Of a stretch of 64,000 bases of DNA, positions 23,069 through 36,094 are shown in pieces; the stretch's first letter is position 1, and each line of letters begins with the position of its first letter. Both the position numbers and the translations under genes were made by a program. The DNA lies in NCBI RefSeq assembly GCF_011745625.1, contig NW_027191462.1:186001-250000 (forward strand), in the 5' to 3' direction. The notes under the pieces are model-generated. The model saw nothing but the letters and a program-made list of their open reading frames with translations. It was not told the origin of the DNA and searched no databases. This DNA is from Cladosporium halotolerans (lineage: Eukaryota).

Positions 23069-25951
23069 TCAACCCAACCCGCTCCTGCCAGTCCTCATAA
23101 TCTGCTCGACGGGCGTCAGCAAGCCGCTGCCCTCCTTGCCGAGCGCGGTGCCCTTCTGCCAGCCCATCTTCTCCATGAGCCTGTGGCCGAAATTCTCCCT
23201 GCCGATCTCCTTCGCGCCGCCGCCGACGACGTCGCCGTGGCGCAAGCCCGTAGAGCCCGTGTCGGCGCCGCGGCCCTTGCCGCCCCTCTGCGCCTTCGGC
23301 AGCGCGCCGCCCTTGGGTTTCTTGCCCTTGAAAGCCGAGTTCTTGAGGAAGCCCCTGTTGCTCGCGGCCGCGACGCGGCGGAACATGGCGTCGGAGACGT
23401 CGGCGGAGCGAGCGGTCTTGTAGAGGACCGGGGCGCGGTTCTTGCCGGCGCCGACGCTCTTGGACTTGAGGTTGAGGGCGTTCGCGAGCTCGTGCAGGGC
23501 CTTGCGGTCGTGCTTGTCCATGGGCGGGAAGGCGCGGGTCGTCTTGCCGGCGTCCTGCAGGAAGGCGCGCAGCTCCTCGTGGATCTGCGGCATCGTCATG
23601 CCCTGCTGGTACTTCTGGCCGAGGTCCGCCTTGCCCTTCTTGCCGGCGGCGCCGAGCAGGCCCTGCATGCGGAGCTCTTCGCGCTCGGCTTTCTTGAGCC
23701 GCTTTTTCTCGCGGTCGTTGGACCAGTGGCCGAGCATTTCGTCTTTGAGGTCGTCATCGGAGAGAGCGTCGAGCTCCGGCGGCAATTTACCCTTGCGGCC
23801 GCGCTTGGGTTTGAGCGAGGGACGCTCGAAGTCCATGATGTCGAAGCCAATGTCGCCATATTGATCGACAGAGTCGGCCAGGGCGGAGGCGTTGGGGAAG
23901 CTGAAGCCGCCGTTCTTCTTCTTGCTGCTGCCGCGCTTGCTCGTCGATTGTGCGAACGAAGAGTTTGCGAGGTCGGCCAACCCGGCCTTGGCCTGGTCCA
24001 GATCGCCGAAGCCATCTAGGTCGTCGACTTCCATGAACGCGCCGTCGTCAATGACGAGGTCGTCATCGCTGATGCCAAGCTCGGCCTGCTTTGCCCATAA
24101 GCGAGCCAGCGTCTCGTCGTCCATCGCGTCAATGCGGCGCTGGCGGAGATCATCTTCGTCTTCCCATTGCTCCTGCTCGTTGTAGAGTAGCTCTTCCTCC
24201 AAGTCCGAAGAGTCGAACTCAGAAGCGTCCTCGTCATCTTCGTCCTCGAGATCGTCCATATCCATGCCAAGCTCTTCATCCTCAGAATCCGAGTCGGTGT
24301 CCATCATCCGGAGTTCATCAAAGTTCGCCTGGCGAGTGCTGCCGTCCAAGACCTCGCTCTCGTCCACGGCTCTGCCGTCAACGACGAGAGAGGGACCACC
24401 CTCCGCCGAACGGATTCCGGTGATATCAACTTCCTCGCCAGCCTCTATCTGTGCCCGGAGATTCTCCATGTAGTCGTTGTAAGCAGCTTCTTCGTCATCC
24501 GTTTGGTCAGACTGCAAGTCGCGAAGAAGCTTGTTGGACCGCTTCCGACCCCGCTTTCCACGCCTGCTCGTCTTTCCAACCAAATCACGGACTGAGAGCT
24601 CGTTTGCAGGCTTCGAGGGACCGACGTCAGACTCCTCGATGTCCTCGAACTCGTCATCAGCTTGCTTCTGCGCCTGCTTTGCCTTTTTCTTATCCCGACG
24701 AGTCTGGTCCCACTCAGCCTGCAACGAGGCAATGGTTTCTTCTGCGCCCTTGTCCTCCTCCGGCTCTGCGAATGCCACCTTCGTAGGTCCCCGGGGTACA
24801 GCCTCCAGCGCTTCTTTCTCGGCGGGCGAGGGGTCCAAGTCGGGTTTAGGCGCACCCTTCCTCCACCATGATCCTGCGGGGGCTGGCGTGAACTCTTCGG
24901 AGGCTGACTGCAGCTGTTGATCCCATCTGGGTGCCTTTGCTGCCCAACCACGAGCGTCGCTTGCGACCTGACCATTCGATTCGCCTAGAAGTGCAGCGAG
25001 CAACTCGTCGGTCACATGTGCTTCACCTGCCGGAGGCTGAGGTGTGCGAGACTTGGCGGCCGCTTTCTGTGAAGGAACTTTCTGAGCGGCTTCCGGCGCT
25101 TGTCGGCGCTTCGATGAGTCACGGGAAGATACGATCGGATCGTCGACCACCTTTGGATTGTTGCGACCATGGAACAAAATGACCTCTTCGCTGGAGTCTG
25201 AAGGCGTCGGCGACGCAGGGCGCGTGGGAACCTTGGCTTGCGACTTCGAGGGCCGGCTCAATGAAGGGTCGCCTTCTGTGTCTATCACAAAGGACAGAGT
25301 CTCTTCCTGTGGCGGGGTGGGCGGCTTGCCCAAAGTTGCTGGTGCGGCACCGGGGCGCGAGTCTACAGTGCCGTCTAATGCAGGGATCGGTGCCTCGACG
25401 TGTTCGTGAATGTGCATGGCCTTGGTGCCTTGTGCGATATCGACGTCGGTGTCTGTCACCATGGTGTTCTCCAGTGTTGAGTCGTCCACGTCATCGTCCA
25501 TCGTGGTCTGCATTGCCTCGTCCTCAACTTCGTCGTCGTCGTCGTCCTCCTCGTCCAAGGCAACCGTAATCTCCTCTTCTTGTATGCTTTCGTCCTCTTT
25601 CTCGACGGGAGTGTTTGTGCCGGCGCTGACGAAGGCGATGCTCTGGTGCCTTAGCTTGAGCCCTGACTCTCGCGGGGTGGACTCTCCGGAGCGCTGTGCA
25701 AAACCTCGAAACATCGGGTTGTCGTTGTCGTCATCTGTGAAGTAGAAGTCTCAGCAAAGTTATTTGACACGAGGTTGGAAGCTTCGACGGGAGTGCGCCT
25801 GCTTTGCATGTGACACTGGGGCAGACCGACCGTCATCGAAGTTGCGAGCGAACTTCTTCATCCATGGCGCCTTCCCGCCAGAGTGTGCGTTCTGCGCCTT
25901 CACCTTCTGCTTGGCCCTGCCTTGTACCTTGCCTCCCTTCTTTTTGGGCAT
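23069..25951 (-). CDS. SQS1: G-patch and R3H domain protein Sqs1/Pfa1-like; exons 25951-25831, 25734-23069
   Basis: R3H motif FPPMDKHDRKALHELANALNLKSKS; C-terminal G-patch NFGHRLMEKMGWQKGTALG...RSGLG. Phase-1 intron (weak donor GTCGGT) links upstream ATG MPKKKGG. Confidence 0.85.
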
Positions 25952-26605
25952 GCTCGCAGTGGCGAAAGCTGAATCTGACGGCGAGCGCAGGCGGGATGTG
26001 ATGTGTGCGGAAGCGCGGTCGCTGAGGGTGAAGAAGAGGCGACCGGCACCTGCGGATAGTAGCAAGCAGAAGAGACTGTGCGAAGAGTGCGGTGGGAGAG
26101 AGTGTGGATGTCGGCGTAAAAAGTCGCGATTGGAGGTGCAAAGGGACAAAGGCGAACCTCCAATCAAGGGCCCACGCGCATTGTCAGCCATGACGATCTG
26201 ATCTGCGCCAGCCCTTATCGATACCGCCGCCGCCGCCTGCTGCCCGCCCACCGCCCCGTCACGCCCGTGTGTCACCCTGCGCCCCTCACCACCACTGCAC
26301 GTCGCTTGCTCGTGCGCAACATCCGTCTGTTATCGCTTGCAGTTCGCATCGGCGGGTCTGTAAGCCCATCCTCCTAATACTCACTCTTCCTCAGTCGCTA
26401 CGGTCCCCTTTGCGCGGCCGTATGATCTCATAATCCGCGACCCTTCCTGCAGTGCCACTGAGCTGCCTGAGCTCTGATCACGGCACATGCACACCCTCCA
26501 CGCAGACCGCAGCCCGTGACCTACCTAATCTCCTCCACTCTTCACCTTGTAATTCCTCCAAGCCCACGTCCTCCGTTCTACGCTACTCTTGCTGTGTCGT
26601 CGGCC

Positions 26606-27972
26606 ATGGCCAACAACGACTTCACCCGCTTCAGCAAGAAGGTCGTCCAGTACTTCTGGGACCCACTGCCTCGGAATGACGATCCGTCGCAGATATGGTG
26701 CCTGGGTCGGTCATACGACTCGCGCTACCAGAATGCTCGTTCTTCCCACTCGACCAGCTCATCGCCACCTGCGGCATCTGATTCTGGGGTCTCGCAAGCG
26801 GACTCTGCAGTGGTAGCTCCATCGCGGGACAAGGAGGCAGAGGCAACACAGCCCAGTGGGGATTTGACTACAAAGAGCCAGGCCGAGCTATCAAGGGCCG
26901 AGGAAGAAGCACTCGGATGGCCAACTGAGTTTCTCGACGATCTGGAGTCCCGCATCTGGCTCACTTATCGCAAAGACTTCCCGCCTATACCCAAATCCAA
27001 CGATCCGGCAGCCGCCTCAGCCATGTCCTTCTCCACCAAGCTACGCAATCTAGCAAACCAAGGCGCCTTTACGAGTGATACCGGCTGGGGTTGCATGATT
27101 CGAAGCGGTCAGTCTCTACTTGCAAACACGTTTGCCTTATTGCAGTTGGGGCGGGACTGGCGTCTTGGACAGCAAGAGCAGGAGCATAAAGCGTTACTTG
27201 CGTTGTTTGCGGATACACCGGAGGCACCTTTCTCAATACACAAGTTCGTTGAGCACGGCGCCGAAGCTTGCGGGAAACATCCTGGCGAATGGTTTGGCCC
27301 GAGTGCTACCGCCAGGTGCATACAGTGAGTCTTTTCGAGTAGCAACTCACGCGACACCTCACTAACCTTACCTGCAGGGCCCTTGCTTCCAAAACACCCA
27401 CTTCTGACCTCCGCGTCTACGTGCGACCAGACGATGGCGATATCTACGCCGATTCCCTCCTCGCCGCCGCCACATCCCCCGACGCTCCACAAACCTTCCA
27501 TCCTACCTTAATCCTCCTCGGCGTCCGCCTTGGAATCGACCGCATCACACCAGTCTACCACGCCGCGCTAGCTGCCGCCCTCCAGCTACCCCATTGCGTT
27601 GGCATCGCCGGCGGCCGCCCCTCGAGCTCACATTACTTCCTCGGCCACCAAGGCGGCCAGCACTTCTTCTACCTCGACCCGCACTCCACTCGCCCGGCTC
27701 TTCCACTCGACCCATCTCCCGAAGACATCGCCTCCTGCCACACGCGCCGCGTTCGCCGTCTCGGAATCGCAGAGCTGGACCCCAGCATGCTGCTAGGCTT
27801 CCTCGTGCGCTCACGGGAGGAGTTCGAGGAGTGGAGGAAAGCGGTCGCCGCTGTGCCGGGAAAAGCTATCATCCACGTGCACGAGACGGAGCCGAAGTAC
27901 GCCACTGGGCCGGAGAGACCTGGGGCGGTGGATGAGGTTGAAGCCTGGGAGACGGGGGACGAGGAGATGTGA
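26606..27972 (+). CDS. ATG4: Autophagy cysteine protease Atg4; exons 26606-27324, 27378-27972
   Basis: IWLTYR, SDTGWGCMIRSGQSLLA (catalytic Cys), GEWFGP, GIAGGRP, YLDPH motifs. Confidence 0.95.
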
Positions 27973-28841
27973 AGGAACGGGGGAAGGGGCTTTCATCCTG
28001 CATTTGGCGAATACTACACGCATGAAGGGAGCGACGCAGGGGAATGGAGTTCTTTTGGAGAAGGCGAAATGATAATTAATCGCGCCTACGATGTGAAATG
28101 AGACATATACCCGAGGATCACTCTTTCTCGTCAACTTCATTGAAGGATCTCATGCCGTACCTCACGTGTCGGGCCGGTGACGTTTCAGCAGAGCGCATTG
28201 TGACCAGTGCTCTGCCTCCTGCCCGCCATCTTCTTTACGGGCCAGCCGCCGGCTTATACAAGCCTCTCAGGAGCTTGCATGTTTCCCTGAGCTTGTTGCG
28301 CCAAAACGCGAAAGTGGCGCGTCCGCATGCTGTGGTCTGCGATCCCCGTGATTCCGTGTAGGTATTATTCGCTTATCGTCACTTTCGTCGTGCTGTGTTA
28401 TATCTTGCGATATATGAAGGCACATTCAGATGAAATGATCGTAATTCAAAACGCATTCAATGTTGCTTTTCAAGCAGATCAAATGGCAAAGGAGATGGAA
28501 GAATGCAGGAGGTTTGGAGTTATCAATCATGCATTTCATCTGCCTTCTAACTGCTGCTTCTCCCACCCGCTGCTACTGTACAGCACCATTTGTGTTTCGG
28601 AAGAACAGGGCGCGCTTTGCCCTCTTGCCCTCTCAGCAGCAATAGCCATGGTATAAAAGTGAAAAGGAAATATGGGAGGAAAACAGCCCATGGTGTGAAA
28701 AACCCAAAATAACACCCCGTGTGATCGCATTATCGCGCGCAACGCCCGTTGAACCCGCCCTTCATCATGACTTGGTGGTTGTGAATGAAGTACTACCCAG
28801 AAAGCAAAGCCAAATAAATCTCAGATGAGACCGGATGGCGT

Positions 28842-29387
28842 TTACTTGGAGGAAGAGGAGTACTTGGTGACGGCCTTGGTGCCCTCAGAGACGGCGTGCT
28901 TGGCAAGCTCACCGGGGAGGATCAGGCGGACGGAGGTCTGGATCTCGCGCGAGGAGATGGTGGACTTCTTGTTGTAGGCGGCAAGCTTGGAGGCCTCAGT
29001 AGCGACGCGCTCGAAGATGTCTGAAATGGATGTCAGGATTGGACGCGCTTTGAGATCGGATCGAGATATGCTTACCGTTGACGAAAGAGTTCAGGATGGA
29101 CATGGCACGGTTGGAGATACCAGTGTCGGGGTGGACCTGCTTGAGGACCTTGTAGATGTAGGAAGAGTAGGTCTCCTTGCGGGTCTTGGTGCGCTTCTTC
29201 TTGTCGCCAGAGGGAGCGGCGGTCTTCTTGCCGGCCTCCTTCTTCTCGGCGGGAGCCTTGCCAGCCGGGGCCTTGCCGGCGGTGGTGGGAGTCTTCTGAG
29301 GTGGGAGTCAGTGGATTGCGCGCAAAGGTCGCGTGAAAACGCGTGTTTCGGTGATGCGCCTGGACGAACCTGAGCCTTGGGAGCCAT
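28842..29387 (-). CDS. HTB1: Histone H2B; exons 29387-29370, 29295-29076, 29020-28842
   Basis: Spliced protein MAPKAQKTPTT...[40 protein letters not shown]...[11 protein letters not shown]. Confidence 0.97.
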
Positions 29388-29868
29388 TTCGAGTGAGTCG
29401 GGTCTAAAGACGCGGTTTTTGGATGTGGGTGAGGTGGGTGAGCTGAGTGTGGTGGTAGCTGGTGATGAAAGTCGATGGATGCTGGTGATGTGGTTGTGGG
29501 AGAGGAAGAAGTCAAGGGCGACGAGATTCGGGGACGGCGACGTTCTTGTACGAGCGGGCAGCGAAGCCGCGGGCTGCTTGTGATTGCGGGCGCAGGCGCG
29601 AAGCTGCGCCGCGCTAAGCCCGATACAGCCGAATCAACATCAGCGTCGCGCGCGTTTCCTGCCAAGGCTCACAATCAAACCCGCCGCTGCTGCGTCGCGC
29701 CCCGCGACTTCTTAAGCCAGCTGCCCGCCCACAACACGGCGACCTTGCTCCTTTCTCTCCATCTTCACGCCGCTCCATCCATCACGACACATCGATCAGT
29801 CGACATCAATCGCCTCTAACAACCCAACTTCACCACCCAAACAACCCCACCCACCCAAATCCATCAAA

Positions 29869-30575
<707 letters not shown>

Positions 30576-31594
30576 TGAGATTTCCAACTTTTTCCTTTTT
30601 TGAGATTGCTCCTCGGGCCTTTTTATTCCCTGGTCAGCACGAGGAGAAATGCGATGGCTGTACATTACACCCGCAGAGGACAGGCAGAAGGCGATAGCGA
30701 GCATTACGAATGATACCTCCTTAACAATCCACTATAATCATTCCAACTCTACGATTCTTCAATCAGACTTGATCAATCTGCAAAGCGAACCATATGCTTT
30801 GGATAATGGCCATGCAGGCTGTTTTCCATGTGCTCTCGTCGGCTGACGCAACGAGGTCACAAAACGAAATATGTGAGCTCATGTCTATACAGATGCTCTG
30901 CGATAGTGTGTTTCGGAGCGTGAAGACCTCCCAGGTTAATGCCCCCGAAAACGCGTCTGATTTGTCCCGAATCTGGCAACTTTCTGATCACAAAAAACTA
31001 TCAGATTATGTAAGATAGGGAGGCAGACGAAAAGTGATTATGCGCGCGCGAGTTTAGCGCGCAAGCCATGCGCTACGAAGCCCAGCCACAGCCGACGTGA
31101 ATCGGCTGACTGATGCGAAAGGGGAGCCCAAGACGTCAGATTGCCAAGTCCGGGGGAATGCGGGATGCGATATGATACTGTGGACAGGGCATATCGGATA
31201 TCGGGTGATGATCAGGGTTGGGGTGGAGCCATACATGGGTCGAAATGAAAGCAGGAAGTGCAGATGATTGATTGACGGTGGCTTAAGAGGCATGCACCGT
31301 GGAAGAAGAACAAGTCGACCTGCACCCGGGTATAATTGCAAAATGAGCCATGATCAATTGACGGTGGAATATGCTCATGTCGTTCGAAACAGCGAAAGCG
31401 AGCCATGAGGTATGAAATTGTTGCCATCTGGCCAAGCAGCTCGGTAGGAGGGAGATGGACCATTGCGCCGCGAGCTGTGTTCTCATGAAGCCTGTCTTTT
31501 TCATATGTTCGGCCTCTTCCTAGCTATCTGCCAGCAATATACACATTTCGGTTGAACAAAAAAACGCCACATTCCCATCAAGCGCTGCTCTAGC

Positions 31595-32129
31595 TTACAG
31601 ATGCATGTGAGGCGGGGCTGAAAGCTTGCGTTAGCAGGAGTGTTGGAGTGAAGTCGGATGGATCAAGAATGGCGGACTCACGTTCGGTCGACGGGACAGG
31701 CAGGTTGCGCTCGTACTTGCTGCCGCCAGGTGCAGTAGGCGCTCTGTAAGGGTCGGGGTGCTTCCACTTGTCCAGCAGGTTCTCGGTCTCCTCGATGATT
31801 AACTGTGTTGATGGCTGAATCAGCAATTGCTCGCAAATAGCCCAGTCTTCTCCATTTATATTTGCCGCAAAGCCTCGCGTCTTTTCATGAACTTCCTTCG
31901 GTGTGGGAGCACGTACTCTCTGCTGTCTGGGCTCTGTGACGTGCTTGTTCGCCTCGAAAAGGCCGCGGATGTACATAGCCTGGCCGCGCCAGACATAGCG
32001 GTGGACTGCCCAGTCGAGGGCAAGCTTAAGGGACCGGCGGTAGAGGGAGCTGGAGGAGCATCAGAGCTGTGTCGCGCGCGCGCAATGGGTCCGGGAGGCT
32101 GCTCACAGGATCTGGGGCTTGGAGGCCAT
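31595..32129 (-). CDS. Complex I LYR-family subunit B22 (NDUFB9-like); exons 32129-32107, 32049-31917, 31802-31682, 31617-31595
   Basis: Spliced protein MASKPQILSLYRRSLKLALDW...FEANK...HPDPY...PGGSKYERN; three canonical introns. Confidence 0.9.
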
Positions 32130-32631
32130 GGTTGGGGATGGTGCTGGCCGTCGCGGCCTGCCAATGGGTTTAGAGTAGAGACTGAGTCATCTGTTAGCTG
32201 CTTTGCCAAGCTCTCTGCGTCCGGCGCGCGTACTTACGGTGGGTGCTATGCTGTCCACAGGCGTGCGACACACTGCCGGCAGCGACGCTGATGGAGGTGC
32301 TGTTTGCCTCGGGTATACCCGCGGAGCCTCTCACAGCCCGGCTAGGCACGGAGCAGCCCGGAGCGCTGGCGCGGTGTTGCGTCGTTGGCTTCGGACGACC
32401 TCCGCTGCGCGAAGCTGGCTGAAGATCTCCCTCCTGCTGGCGAGCCTTCCTTCCAAGTCGGAACGGTACATCATCCCTAGCTATTTCCTTCACCTCTGGT
32501 TGAACACACCACCACTCCGCTCTTCTGCCCTTGCCATCGTGCCGGGCTGCCTGTCTCTCCGTCACTCAGCTTCTCTCTCCGGCTTGATCACCAACACGGT
32601 CCTCGAAAGGCTCACTGCCATCTCTGGAAAC

Positions 32632-33959
32632 ATGTCGAGCTCGCAATGTCTGCGCCGTCTGGCCGCCTCTGGCGCCGCCCAGCGTCCTGCATCTCTCCTC
32701 ACTCAGAGCTCAAAAAGCGCCAGGAGTCTGCTGAGAGCGCCCGCCGCAGCCCGCTCCCTCTCATACGCCGCTAAGCCCTCATGGAGCTCATACTCTGCCC
32801 TGCAGTCACAGTATGTTTGGATCAATAGAAGGATCAGTCGGGCGACCACTAATGCTGTGACAGACAATCTTCCCCCGCCTACCAGTCGCGCCAGTTCAGC
32901 ATGTCTCGTAGCCTGAAGGGTAATGCGACCAGCGTTCCCGCAATACATCGCAATCGCTAATAAATCGCGCAGGAGAGGAGATCGTCAAGGTTCCCGAGAT
33001 GGCCGAGTCCATCTCCGAAGGTACTCTCAAGCAGTTCAGCAAACAGGTCGGCGACTACGTCGAGCAGGATGAGGAGATCGCTACCATTGAGACCGACAAG
33101 ATTGACGTCGCGGTCAATGCCCCGGCTGCTGGTGTGATCAAGGAGTTCTTGGCCAACGAGGAGGACACTGTTGTCGTCGGGCAGGACCTTGTCAAGCTCG
33201 ACGCCGGTGCTTCCGCGCCTGAGGGTGGCGCCGAGAAGGCAAAGGAGGAGCCCAAGGCGCCTGCTTCCGAGTCCCAGGAGACCAGCTCGCAGCCCTCGGG
33301 CCAGAAGGAGGAGGCCAAGCCTGCACAGGAGGAGAAGAAGCCCGAGAAGCCCAAGGAGGAGCCTAAGAAGGAGGACAAGCCCGCCCCTGCGCCCAAGCCC
33401 GAGAAGAAGGAGGCCAAGGAGCCCAAGGAGGAGTCAAAACCGGCCACTCCTGGCAACCGCGAGGAGCGCCGTGTCAAGATGAACCGCATGCGTCTGAGGA
33501 TCGCTGAGCGCCTGAAGCAGTCCCAGAACACCGCTGCCTCGCTCACCACCTTCAACGAGGTCGACATGTCCGGCCTCATGGAGATGCGCAAGCTCTACAA
33601 GGACGAGATTCTCAAGAAGACTGGCACCAAGCTCGGCTTCATGGGTGCTTTCTCTCGCGCTGCCTGCTTGGCCATGAAGGAGGTCCAGGCCGTCAACGCC
33701 TCCATTGAGGGCCCCGGCAGCGGTGACACCATCGTCTACAGGGACTTCGTCGACATCAGCGTTGCTGTCGCTACCGAGAAGGGTCTCGTCACCCCGGTCG
33801 TCAGGAACGCAGAGTCTCTCGACATGATCGGTATTGAGCAAGAGATCTCCAACCTCGGCAAGAAGGTAAGCATTGAGCCTTGTCACACAAACTTGAAGCG
33901 CATCTGTACTAACTGGTCTTACAGGCTCGCGACAACAAGCTCACTATCGAGGACATGGC

Positions 33960-33992
<33 letters not shown>

Positions 33993-34224
33993 TTTCGGCT
34001 CCCTCATGGGCACCCCTATCATCAACCTGCCCCAGACTGCCGTGCTCGGTCTGCATGCCATCAAGGACAAGCCCGTCGCCATCAACGGCAAGGTCGAAAT
34101 CCGCCCCATGATGTACCTCGCCCTCACTTACGACCACCGCATCCTCGACGGCAGGGAGGCCGTCACTTTCCTCGTCAAGATCAAGGAGTTCATCGAGGAC
34201 CCCAGGAAGATGCTCCTCGCATAA
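32632..34224 (+). CDS. KGD2: Mitochondrial dihydrolipoamide succinyltransferase (2-oxoglutarate dehydrogenase E2); exons 32632-32810, 32864-32919, 32973-33865, 33925-34224
   Basis: Arg/Ser-rich presequence, lipoyl domain MAESISEG...[27 protein letters not shown], catalytic YDHRILDG. Confidence 0.97.
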
Positions 34225-34402
34225 ACGCATCGGGCGGCTGCTGTAGGATTTTGAGCAACGGGGGGAGCGAAGGGAAGACTTGTGTACATACAACCTCATC
34301 CGCATGTGAAATTCTAGTTTGTTCTATCACGTGCACGTCTTGGCTTTATTCGCTTTTTAGTGCTGTTCGCGCCTTGGGAGATGACGATCTAGCCAAGGAG
34401 CT

Positions 34403-35787
34403 CTACAGCATCGCTCTAACCCCCGTCAGGCCAAGCTCTGACACCACCCACTCCTCGACGACCTTCACCAACCCCTCAACCTCCTCCCTCGTATTCCCCG
34501 CATGTAGACATATCCGCACCCTCTCACTACCCGCCGGCACCGTCGGCGGCACGATGCCTCGCACCACGAATCCTCGCTTTTGGCAGTACGCGGCCAATTG
34601 CTTCGGCGCAGGAGTCAGCAGCGACAAGATCGGGGACTGAGGTGCTTGAGACGGCACGGAGAGAATCGGGTCGGTTTTGGGGAGGCGCTCGATGAGAGTT
34701 TGGAGTAGGGTGTGTAGGTGTTTGGTGAGGGATTGCAAATTTTGGGAGAGCTAGGCGGCCATGGTCAGTTGTGCTTCATTGTGGGGCGTTTGGATTTTTG
34801 GGGAGAGTGACTTACTGCTTCGCTTTCGCCTCGTTGCAGGTAGGTGTAGGAGGCGCGGATGGCGGCGAGGGAGGGGTATGAGAGGAAGGTTGTGTAGATC
34901 AAGGGGCGGGCGTAGTTGATGAGGTATTGTCGGATTAGTGGGGAGCAAAGAAGGATGGCTGCTGTATGTTAGCCACGGCTGTGATGAATGATGTGGTTGA
35001 GGGATGCCGTCGTACCTCCATTGCAGGCTAATGCTTTGCCGAAAGTGTGTAGTCGTACCAGCACTTCATCTTCCAGTCCTAGTTGGGAGACCAGTCCTCG
35101 CCCATTTGGACCGAGCACACCATTCGAGTGTGCTTCGTCGACAATCAGGTGGCCATTGCCACGTGGGAGTAGCTCGTGGACAGCATCGACTATGTCTTTG
35201 AGGGGCGCCACGTCACCGTCCATGCTGTAAACCGCCTCAACGGCGACGAAGACATTTCTCCGACCGCTTCGGATGAGCTCATCGCCATCAATGAGTCTTC
35301 GCAGAGCGGTTTTGAATGCATTGGCAGAATTGTGGGCGAAAGCTACTTTCTGTCCTGCTCTAGAGAGGCGCATGCCATCGTGGACACTGGCGTGAATGAA
35401 TTCGTCATAAATAATGGCATCTCCCGGTTGCGGTAAACAAGAGAATAAGCCGGTGTTCGCATCGAAGCCAGAGTTGCACAGAAGGCCTTTTTCAGCCCGG
35501 TGGAAAGCCGCTATGTCGTCTTCGAGTCGTTCAGCATAGGTGGAGTTGCCGTCCAGAAGCCTGGAGCCACCGCTTCCTAGACGTGTCGTGGCAGGCCCAC
35601 GCTGTAATTCTGCCAGATAAAGATCTCTCAATTCTTGACAAGTGGCCAGTGAGAGGAAATCATTACTGCTGAAGTCGACAGAGTTGGGCGGTGGCACAGT
35701 CAGGGATCGGATGGTGCTGTGCGACTTGCGCTTGTTCAGCGATATTGCCAGAGCATCATCGAGATGCGTTCCGCCTCCTCTGATCAT
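34403..35787 (-). CDS. bioF: 8-amino-7-oxononanoate (KAPA) synthase BioF; exons 35787-35016, 34961-34816, 34750-34403
   Basis: DFSSNDFLSL, GSGGSRLLDGN, HASVHDG, YSMDGD, VDEAH, TFGKA (PLP Lys), INYARPLIYTT, IVPPTVP. First intron has a tandem CAGCAG acceptor. Confidence 0.93.
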
Positions 35788-36094
35788 CCCAAGAATTATA
35801 CTCCAATCTGCATGGTCTGCTGTCGCGTGCAGACGAACAATCGAGGAATCCAACAAATATTGACTCAAGATATTGGCTCAAGCCTCATTGCCCTATGGGA
35901 ATCGGTGGGTCACGCCCTAAGCCCCGCGGGTCCCCAACAATGCTGCAGGTCCAAAAGGACCGAGGTTGGATCGACCGAGACTAGAGTACGTGCCTCTGCA
36001 GCCTTGCCCAGAGAAAGAGTAAGCGTGAGCTACCCTTGTCTCTACTGCGTTCCGCGAGCCAGGTTGGCGACTTCATGCCAGCACTCTCCTCAAC

